Shown here one piece after another: positions 25,085-32,000 of a DNA stretch of 32,000 nt. The stretch lies in assembly GCF_000025945.1 (NCBI RefSeq), contig NC_006138.1, positions 2,310,001 through 2,342,000 on the forward strand. The letters run 5' to 3'. The position numbers and the translations under genes are program-made. The DNA is from Desulfotalea psychrophila LSv54 (GTDB lineage Bacteria; Desulfobacterota; Desulfobulbia; Desulfobulbales; Desulfocapsaceae). Under the pieces are notes generated by a model. The model was not told the DNA's origin. It did no database searches and saw only the letters and a list, made by a program, of their open reading frames with translations. Positions within the stretch are counted from its first letter, which is position 1. Each line of letters begins with the position of its first letter.

Positions 25085-25500
25085 GGATCGTGATGCCAAT
25101 TTGTTATTTTGATAAAATATCGCTCTGTGCGATGTAACTCAACCCCTTTTGAGTAAAAGAGATGAATAATAATATTCACCTTGAGGAGTTTGCTGAACAG
25201 TCCATGGTCCATCTCCCCACAATGTGCTTTTTCACAGGTAACTCAATATGATAGGTTTTCAAGTTATCAGTGCAGAAAAATCTTAGGCGTTGTCAATAAT
25301 AACCTGAAAGCTTCGCTATCCTGCCAAAAGCAGGTTTGATGATCCCCAGGGTGATTCCCACGCATACCACAGCCATCTCTGGTTTTTCTTATCCTTAAAC
25401 CACGGTGACCACTCCGCAAACAAGCTCTATGTGTTTGATTTTGTCTAAAAACCTAGTCACTTGTCTTGGTTTGATTTTTTTAAAGTGGGTAAACATCCCC
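25085..25500 (-). mobile_element. Decayed IS1-family remnant retaining much of an insB-like gene (multiple frameshifts) plus IRR. IRL and insA are missing.
   Basis: It starts GGATCGTGATGCCAATTTGTTATTTTG (inverted IRR). Minus-strand frames give FYSKGVELH (IS1 FSKSVELH), VGRWTMDCSANSSR (IERHNLNLRQHLAR), CFWQDSEAF (DGWPLYESRL) and KPRQVTRFLD (KSRQRWLFYAYD). The comparisons are from memory and the upper boundary is approximate. Confidence 0.55.
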
Positions 25501-25545
25501 CCTCCCTCTGCAAGATGAGCATCCTTCAGGGGTAGGGGGAGTTTT

Positions 25546-25953
25546 TCATTTTTCTTCAACAGGAAATTTTGCCCTGGACCATTCCCGCCATCCACCTTTC
25601 AGAGCATGGACTGAAGAGAAACCGTCTGCAGTAAGCTTACGCGCCAAACTGGCGCTGGTGGATTCGTTGGGTCATGCGCAATAAAGGACGATCTTTTTAT
25701 CCTTGGCAAATTTTGATTTCCAGGTATCCAATTTGCCTGGATTGGCCCGATGGGCCCCTTTTATTTTAAATTCCGATGAGGTCCAATCCCTTCCCTGACG
25801 GGCATCGAGAATGACCACATCGCCGTTATCCATCCAGCCCTTCACTATCTCCTTACTCACAACAGACACCGGGGCTGCCATTGCTGGTACAGCCAATGCA
25901 GCGATAAAGGTCAAAGCAATCAACCAGCCAAAGCAAAAGTTTAATTTTTTCAT
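25546..25953 (-). CDS. Periplasmic single-domain rhodanese with an in-frame TGA (25672-25674) at the catalytic Cys position: candidate selenoprotein (135 aa, U94)
   Basis: Signal peptide ending ALAVPAMAAP. Beyond the TGA the frame stays open for 41 codons: PNESTSASLARKLTADGFSSVHALKGGWREWSRAKFPVEEK. From the TGA, U-PNESTSASLARKLTADGFSSVHALKGGWREW aligns without gaps to E. coli GlpE [32 protein letters not shown] (G18, aromatic 19, V22, GG27-28, W32). Confidence 0.7.
25641..25655 (-). promoter_or_regulatory. Candidate bacterial SECIS hairpin
   Basis: On the mRNA, 16 nt after the UGA: GCGCCA-GUU-UGGCGC, or a 5-bp stem with loop AGUUU. The G/U-containing apical loop lies about 22 nt from the UGA, within the usual window for bacterial SECIS elements. 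Confidence 0.45.
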
Positions 25954-27119
25954 AATGAACTCCTTTTTTCGTGATTGTGTGGCATTTTATTGGATATTAA
26001 ACTCAGGATAAGTCCTGTAAGCAGGATACATCCCATATAAAACAGCGTCAGCAGGGGCGCTTCCCCTGAAAATAGAATTGCCCCGCCCCCTGCGATGAGA
26101 AGGCTTGCTAGCAGAAATTTTTTCAGGGAGTAGCCCTGTCGGGCATACCCCAGGAGCCAGAGCAAAAAAGCTGCCCGGATCCAGAGTTCGAGTTTTTCAC
26201 TGCCGGCCATGCCCAGGGCCATCATCAGGCCCACAGCAAGGCCCAGGAAGATGGGCACCACAAAGGGCTTTGCGGTCCATGGGGGAAGTTTTCCCCGCTC
26301 TGTCAGTTGTTTTACCGTATAGTCACAACCCAGGAAAAGCGCATTTACGGCTGCCAAAGTGCCTGATATGACAGCAATACCCATGATGATCCTGCCGGTT
26401 TGCCCCAAAACGATCCTGGCGACTTTCATGTTGGGAATTCCCGAGTCAGCCAATTTTTCTAAAGGAAGATGGGAAATGGAGACCAGCCCCCAGAGGAAAA
26501 ATATAAGTCCTGCCACGGCAATGGCGGCCAGGCACGGCATCTTACCGCTATCTTTGGAATTTACAGCTCCTGCCAGGTCAAACCCAACCCAGAGCAGCAA
26601 GGGAAGGCTTAAGATCCCAATGCCTGGAACTTCCACCATCTGGGCCGCCGGCCCAGTTACACCCGGCCCGGTGCTGCTAAGGCCTGACACTATGAGTATG
26701 CCAAGGGCGGAAAGAACCGTTCCGATAAAAAGCACCTGGGCCCTGAGGATGACAATAGGTCCGGCCAATTGTATCCCAAGGACAAGGCCTAACAGTAAAA
26801 AGGCAAACCCGAAGTTGGGAAACCAATAGACGAAAACCTCATTAAAAACAAAGCCCGATGAAACCAAAATACCTGTGGAAAGAAAAACGGCGGCGGCAAA
26901 TTTAACAGCCAGGGTAAACGGCGTCGCCACGGTGAAGTTTTCTATGCTTTGGGCGATAACAAAAAACAGGGCCATGGCCGCGGGTATAAGCCATAGGCCC
27001 AGGCGACCGGTATACCCCATGAAATTTCCCAGGCCCACAAAGGTGTCGGGTGAAACCATAACGCCCAAGCCAATGGATGTGGCTGTCAATCTAAAGCGAT
27101 GGCACTTATCCATTTTCAA
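25950..27119 (-). CDS. Polytopic membrane transporter (APC-superfamily-like permease), translationally coupled to the rhodanese
   Basis: 389 aa with about 11 hydrophobic segments. Its stop overlaps the rhodanese start (ATGA at 25950-25953). Confidence 0.65.
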   Translation of the reverse strand: MKMDKCHRFRLTATSIGLGVMVSPDTFVGLGNFMGYTGRLGLWLIPAAMALFFVIAQSIENFTVATPFTLAVKFAAAVFLSTGILVSSGFVFNEVFVYWFPNFGFAFLLLGLVLGIQLAGPIVILRAQVLFIGTVLSALGILIVSGLSSTGPGVTGPAAQMVEVPGIGILSLPLLLWVGFDLAGAVNSKDSGKMPCLAAIAVAGLIFFLWGLVSISHLPLEKLADSGIPNMKVARIVLGQTGRIIMGIAVISGTLAAVNALFLGCDYTVKQLTERGKLPPWTAKPFVVPIFLGLAVGLMMALGMAGSEKLELWIRAAFLLWLLGYARQGYSLKKFLLASLLIAGGGAILFSGEAPLLTLFYMGCILLTGLILSLISNKMPHNHEKRSSL

Positions 27120-27692
27120 TCTCCGTTGCTTAGCCGTTTGCTTTTAAGGATAAGGCATTTTATTTTATTATTCCAGCCAACCTAATTTTTTTAGGAATAA
27201 ATAATTATTTTAAACAAACATAATCTCTGATTCTTTTGTTTCAGCCGACAGCAGGGCCATGGACACTTTTGCAACCGCAACTTCCAGCACAGAGGCTGGA
27301 AGGGTACGGAGTCATTTTTGGAATCACCTGACGCGTCTATACGGGCATGACCTAACAAGTTCTGTGGCCGACAATGATAAAGATTATGGCCCTGTTTTTC
27401 TTTCCACAGGCCTCCAGCTCCCCAATGTCTCTGAATCCATGCGGTTGGATGCAGTCAGACAGGCTGAAGAATTTTTCTGGAGTAAAAGTTAAGACTAAGC
27501 TTTGTTATAGGCGTGTTATATGAAACACCTTCTTAGGTTAGGTATTTTGTATGGCACACATGAAAACACCAGAAGATACTGGGGAAGAGTATAAAGAGAG
27601 GTTTCTCTTGGCCAGAATATACCAGAACTTTGAAGTAACGGAGTTAATGTGTTGATCGTAAAGGTCGTCGCCAAAGTTGGTATCCTCCCTTT

Positions 27693-28018
27693 CCACAACA
27701 AACACCTAAGCCCTCTCTGTATCCAAAAAACATTGCAACTCAGACAACCTTATTGTTACCATACAATCTACCTAAAACACCGTAGAGGCAGTAAAACTGT
27801 CATAATTTAAAGTCAAAGAAGAAAAGATATGGCTGACTATACAAAACTGGATTATTTGAAAAAAACCCTCGATTCCCATCGCCCGCTGCCTGCCGAGGTA
27901 GTCTCAAACCTGCATGAAGATCTTGTTCTGCGCTGGGCCTGGCGCCATTGAGGGAAATACCCTGACCCTAAAAGAGACTAAGGTTGCCCCGGAAGGTATT
28001 ACTGTTGGCGGCAAGACC
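27693..28018 (+). pseudogene. Second Fic 5' leader plus N-terminal fragment (ATG at 27829), with the same frameshift region, cut off at about codon 63
   Basis: About 85-90% identical to 19500-19795. MADYTKLDYLKKTLDSHRPLPAEVVSNLHEDLVLRWAWRH-stop. Homology ends at ..GGCGGCAAGACCA. Confidence 0.8.
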
Positions 28019-28024
28019 AGGTGA

Positions 28025-28132
28025 GCACTTTGCCCCAATTGTCACTGCGAACTGCACTATGGTACGGGCAAAAAGGAACTGGCAAAGAATCTATGGGCGA
28101 AGATTGCCAGGCGTCAGGTCTCCGGTGCGTAA
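28025..28132 (+). pseudogene. 3'-terminal fragment of an HNH gene paralogous to 2152-2865, fused to the Fic fragment
   Basis: AGCACTTTGCCCCAATTGTCACTGCGAACTGCACTATGGTACGGGCAAAAAGGAACTGGCA..GGTGCGTAA aligns with 2757-2865 (ALCPNCHSELHYGMGKKELAE..). Confidence 0.8.
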
Positions 28133-28203
28133 TACGTATAACAAATAGTTGCAGGTTTGAAACTTATCTGCGAAGCGGATGGACAACAGGCTGGAATCAC
28201 TCC
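28133..28203 (+). repeat. Degenerate copy of the post-HNH spacer plus IS1 IRR-type end
   Basis: TACGTATAACAAATAGTTGCAGGTTTGAAACTTATCTGCGAAGCGGATGGACAACAGGCTGGAATCACTCC aligns with 2866-2937. Confidence 0.6.
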
Positions 28204-28512
28204 ACTTTTACAAGGCTCCCCTTTGTATAAGGAGATAAATTGATTTATGAAAACGTGAGGGTTTTGGATCATATAGTGATATCAAGTTAGAAACCATGTA
28301 CCATGGATGAAAAAATTGTTTTCAAATTGTGTTTACCTGGAATGATATCAGGAAACCGGATAATAACTTGTTAGCTTCCCCGGTAAATTAAGAGCACGAA
28401 AAACACTATAATAGTCCTTATTTCATTTTTATATTGTCTGGTTGCTTTGGGTAAAAGTCCCGTAATATAATATAGATATAAAATTGCGGACCTGACCCCT
28501 TTTTGAGGTATT

Positions 28513-29193
28513 ATGAATCCCTGGGAATTATTAGATAAAACAGAAATACCCAATGACGGCGGACAGCTTGAATTACTGCAAAGAGGGGATGAATTCTCCA
28601 TCCGCCTTTCCGGTAATCGAGGTGAGCTAATGAATAGCCGATTGCATAATTCGGAAGAAGCACTTGCTGAACTCGGATGTGCGCATCTCAAATCGACAGT
28701 TGACGCACAGGTCTTGGTAGGTGGCCTGGGAATGGGATTCACGCTGGCCGCTGCTCTAAAAGTAGTTTCTCAATCGGCAAAAATAACGGTGGCAGAACTG
28801 ATACCTGCAGTTGTGGAATGGAATCGAGGCGCTTTGGGCGAACGAGCTGGAAGACCATTGCTGGATGAACGTGTACTTATTCATACTGGTGATGTCATTG
28901 ATTTGTTCAGCAAAAACAAATCAATCTTCAACGCCGTTTTGCTTGATGTAGATAACGGTCCTGAAGGGCTTACTCATTCAGCAAATGATCACCTTTATTC
29001 TTTGAACCGCTTAAAAGCAATTTATAATTCTTTGCGCACTGAAGGCATGCTCGCCATTTGGTCGGCTGCGCCAGATGATACTTTTCTTCGTTCTTTGAAA
29101 AAGGTGGGTTTTAAAGTCACTACTCAAACTGTGAGAGCAAGAGTTGGTAAAGGAAGCCGTCATACGATCTTCCTAGCAAAAAAACTTAATTAA
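28513..29193 (+). CDS. Spermidine-synthase-like class I SAM-dependent methyltransferase-fold protein
   Basis: VLVGGLGMGFTLAAAL (glycine-rich motif I), VAELIPAVVEW, FNAVLLDVDNGPEGL, GMLAIWS. This is the typical spermine/spermidine-synthase-like family pattern. Confidence 0.7.
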   Translation: MNPWELLDKTEIPNDGGQLELLQRGDEFSIRLSGNRGELMNSRLHNSEEALAELGCAHLKSTVDAQVLVGGLGMGFTLAAALKVVSQSAKITVAELIPAVVEWNRGALGERAGRPLLDERVLIHTGDVIDLFSKNKSIFNAVLLDVDNGPEGLTHSANDHLYSLNRLKAIYNSLRTEGMLAIWSAAPDDTFLRSLKKVGFKVTTQTVRARVGKGSRHTIFLAKKLN

Positions 29194-29507
29194 ATTAGAA
29201 AAGCAATTAAGAAAAGGGGTCAAGTCTGCTCTTGACTCTTGTTGCAACTTTTTATAACCAAATAATGCACCGGATAAACCGGTGATCATTATGTTATGTG
29301 TCATGAGATTTTAGAAGAATGGAAGTAATATAGCTAGGATTTATATAATTAACTCAGGCGAGCTATCAGTATTCTTCACTGTACTATTGAACATCATGAT
29401 TAAAATCCAATTGGTTTTATTATTAAATAAAAGGTAAAAGAAAGTAAACTTTACTTTGACCCTTTTTCTCTCAGTTTTTAACTGACTTCACTCTAGATAT
29501 CTACTTT

Positions 29508-30487
29508 ATGAAAAATGAATCTGACTTCGCAAGACTCACTCCTGATTTAATTCTTGAAGCAATCGAATCCGCTTTGGGCAAGAGAATGTCCGGTTTGACT
29601 CTCCACTACCAAGCTATATAAACCGTGTCTATGAACTTCAGACCATGGATGAAACACGGATTATTGCTAAATTTTATAGACCAGGCAGATGGAGTATTGA
29701 TGCTTTAAGAGATGAGCATCGATTTATGGTGGATTGTGCCACAGCGGAAATCCCCGTAGTATTGCCGCTGATGTTGGCCAATGGAGAGACAATTGATGAA
29801 GTGGATGGATTTTATTTTTCCCTGTTTCCTAAAAAAGCAGGACGTGAGTTCGAAGTAACCTGCGATGAAGACTGGCGTAGAATAGGTCAACTTATTGGCA
29901 GGATTCATCTTGTCGGTAGCACTAAAACCGCTGATGATCGGATTGTTCTCCATCCTTCACAATCCACGGTAGCTGACATCGCGCAGCTTGTTGGTGCTGG
30001 ATTTGTTAGCACAACGCATCTAGACGAATTTATTGAGATTACCGGAAAAATTGTGGAGATCGCCGAGAGGGGATTCAAGGATATTGAGTTGATCCGAATT
30101 CATAGTGATTGTCATAGTAGGAACATTCTGAATCGCCCCGAAGAAGGTCTCATGATTATTGATTTTGATGACATGGTGACAGGTCCTCCCGTTCAAGATA
30201 TTTGGCTTTTATTGCATGATTATGCTGATAGATCCCAAAGGGAGATAAATCTTATATTAGAAGGGTATGAACAGTTTCGGGAATTTGATGATAGGAGCTT
30301 GAAGCTGATCGAACCGTTGCGTGCGATGAGAATGCTCCATCACTTAGCCTGGTGCAGCAAACAGGTTAATGATTTTCAGTTTAATAAAAACTTTCCAGAT
30401 TGGGGAAGCGATGCTTTTTGGCAAAGAGAAATATCGGATCTTCGGATTCAGTTGCAGATTATTCTAGAAAAGCACTCCACTGGTTAA
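29508..30487 (+). pseudogene. srkA: SrkA/RdoA (YihE)-like Ser/Thr protein kinase, N-terminus displaced by a 1-nt frameshift near 29598-29606
   Basis: MKNESDFARLTPDLILEAIESALGKRMSGLT in one frame. Then ..PLPSYINRVYELQTMDETRIIAKFYRPGRWS..IHSDCHSRNIL..IDFDDMVTGPPVQDIWLL..IEPLRAMRMLHHLAW in another. This parallels E. coli YihE LTPLNSYENRVYQFQ..VVKFYRPERW..LHGDCHAGNIL..DLDDARNGPAVQDLWML..IEPLRAMR. Confidence 0.8.
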
Positions 30488-30782
30488 TATGAATTAGTTA
30501 AAGAATTTTTCCGATATGAGTCAAGGTGAGAAATACGAGTAAAAGGCATTGGTCGAGATGTAATGACCTATTGGGCCAGAGAATATAAGAAATAAGCAGT
30601 AAATGGAAATGACATAACAAATGAATTCACAAAGATTGCTGACCCTACGTTTTTTCTCGAAAGGTTTTGCAAGGTTCAAAGATCATCTTTCTCTCTAAGT
30701 TCAATGCTGGGCCAGCAACTTGTGATCCAGACGTTAGTATTCCCTGTGTTGAAAATCGACTCTTCACAGGCAGTAAAAAATT

Positions 30783-31396
30783 ATGATTTATTATATGGGG
30801 TTAATCGGAATAGCCGCTTTTGCCATAACAGGGGTAATTGCAGCCGGTAAAAAAGGGATGGCTATATTCAGCGTTGTCCTGCTCGGTGTTGTTACCGCGC
30901 TCGGAGGCGGCACTCTGCGTGATGTGATTATAGATTCTGGCCCGGCCTTCTGGGCTAACGATTTACTTTATCTATGGATAGCCGTGTCGGCTTCTGTCAT
31001 AACATTTTTTCTGATCCAGCATGTGCGTCATGCTCTGAAACTACTGCTGTTCGTTGATGCATTCGGCCTATCTCTTTTTACCGTTCTTGCAACGGAGAAA
31101 ACTCTTGTTCTGGGCTTTTCTGAGCCGGTTGCTGTATTAATGGGGTGATCACCGGAATCGCGGGCGGCATGATCCGTGACATGCTGACAGGCCGAATGCC
31201 TCTGCTTTTAGGCAGGGAATTCTATGCGACTCCCGCGCTGCTCGGAGCCGTTGTATTTTGCCTCATCCGTTATTATTTCCCTCTGCATGGCTTTAACATC
31301 ATTTACGCCGTCGGTATTATATTCATACTCAGATCATCTGCGATTCAATGGGGGCTGTATTATCCGAAATGGCTTATTTACAGTGAAAAAAACTGA
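30783..31396 (+). CDS. UPF0126 (YadS/YicG, TRIC-like) membrane protein, split by a 1-nt shift in a G4 run at 31142-31145
   Basis: Two half-domains each carry the GGGxxRD signature (ALGGGTLRDV and IAGGMIRDML). ..PVAVLMG-stop is followed in the +1 frame by VITGIAGGMIRD. One extra G would restore a normal ~204-aa protein. Confidence 0.8.
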
Positions 31397-31478
31397 ACAG
31401 ATTAAGTGTTTCAGTCAGATTTATATGTCTTTCAAACAGAACCAATCGTAGGGAACTCAACAACTAAGGGGATAGCAA

Positions 31479-31601
31479 CTAGCCTCCGGGATAAAATTCA
31501 CCAGTGCCTGGATTAACTGCACCATCATCCCAGTCATCTTCAGCATAGGCCGTGGATGATAATAAGACTGCTGCCAGTACTAAAATGATAAACTGTTTCA
31601 T
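31479..31601 (-). CDS. Small secreted peptide (40 aa), hypothetical
   Basis: MKQFIILVLAAVLLSSTAYA-EDDWDDGAVNPGTGEFYPGG. A clean signal peptide with an AYA cleavage site. A G-rich RBS lies 4 nt upstream. Confidence 0.35.
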   Translation of the reverse strand: MKQFIILVLAAVLLSSTAYAEDDWDDGAVNPGTGEFYPGG

Positions 31602-32000
31602 ACACCCCCCCCGTTGTTGAGACTTCTTTAAAAGAAGTGATCTCTTCATAAGCTAATTTCCTTTTTAAGGTTAGGTGAAAAGCACCTGATTCACAAAGGT
31701 TCTTTTTTGGGGGGAGAGGTCAAGGTTGTAGTAGACGTGGGCTCTTTCTCCCTCCCCTCGCTATTAAATTGGTAACATTCACAGGTGGTAAGCACCTGGT
31801 AAACAACTCGTCAACTCTTACCTTTTAGCGTGGATTTTGTCAAAATACACCCCTTCCTCTCCCTGGTATGTGATATGGTTGAGGCAGGATTTAAACCATA
31901 TTGGTATGCACTCTCCATCACTCCATAAGCCCGCTCTATCTTAAGACTTAATTTCTAGCAATGGCACAAGAATTATGAATTTCGGAACAATCAAACATTG

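Noticed and set aside
758-25115. Integron gene-cassette array with attC sites. The repeats are imperfect palindromes with a bubble, and they sit between single ORFs that include cat and TA genes.
   Set aside because: - The conserved ends do not fit RYYYAAC/GTTRRRY cores.
- No intI is present.
- The repeats carry InsA zinc-finger and InsB C-terminal coding remnants and IS1-like inverted repeats, so an IS1-derived origin explains them better.
24934-25595. ORFs 24934-25212(-) and 25395-25595(-) as independent genes.
   Set aside because: - Both are pieces of a frameshifted insB-like remnant (FYSKGVELH, KPRQVTRFLD).
- The first reads out through the IRR.
- The second overlaps the extended rhodanese C-terminus.
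26105-27147. Plus-strand ORFs 26105-26371, 26359-26829 and 26875-27147.
   Set aside because: - They are antisense shadows of the GC-richer permease gene.
- They are Pro/Arg/Gly-rich with no RBS.

Overview
The window is a mosaic accessory region of a Gram-negative genome, about 40-45% GC. In-frame Sec usage, a type IV pilin and a GGDEF protein suggest a Desulfobacterota-like host, but that is inference only. All calls come from reading the sequence and ORF translations and comparing motifs from memory; no searches were run.

**Layout**
- 942-6889: restriction island. It holds a PLD/B3 NgoFVII-like endonuclease, a McrA-like HNH nuclease, a Dcm C5-methyltransferase, an orphan endonuclease C-terminal remnant, and an unusual UDG-like::Mrr fusion.
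- 7086-7660: doc toxin-antitoxin pair, with doc broken by an in-frame TAA.
- 7945-12292: Sel1-repeat protein, hemerythrin-GGDEF cyclase, and a P4-type integrase next to a tRNA 3' fragment with a strong terminator. This looks like an island boundary.
- 12689-14568: frameshifted type IV pilin, then a membrane-protein cassette flanked by 97-bp direct repeats.
- 15466-19339: MqsR/MqsA-like operon with a third gene, then a membrane/coiled-coil protein plus a TIR-like (Cap12/PycTIR-type) protein.
- 19500-25500: junkyard of Fic fragments, a RelE/HigA-type pair, a CAT acetyltransferase and composite repeats.
- 25546-31601: permease plus a rhodanese whose catalytic Cys position is an in-frame TGA (candidate selenoprotein), followed by ordinary genes (spermidine-synthase-like methyltransferase, SrkA-like kinase, UPF0126/TRIC channel).

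**Main structural theme**
- At least nine copies or ends of an IS1-family element are present, all decayed or internally deleted (MITE-like).
- They often bracket single genes or sit immediately upstream of start codons.

**Caveat**
- Several genes are split by 1-nt frameshifts, some in homopolymers. Assembly error versus real decay must be resolved first.

**Most interesting candidates**
- The UDG-like::Mrr fusion.
- The membrane/DUF4145-like plus TIR-like pair.
- The three-gene MqsRA-like module.
- The Sec-rhodanese.
- The IS1-derived gene-bracketing architecture.
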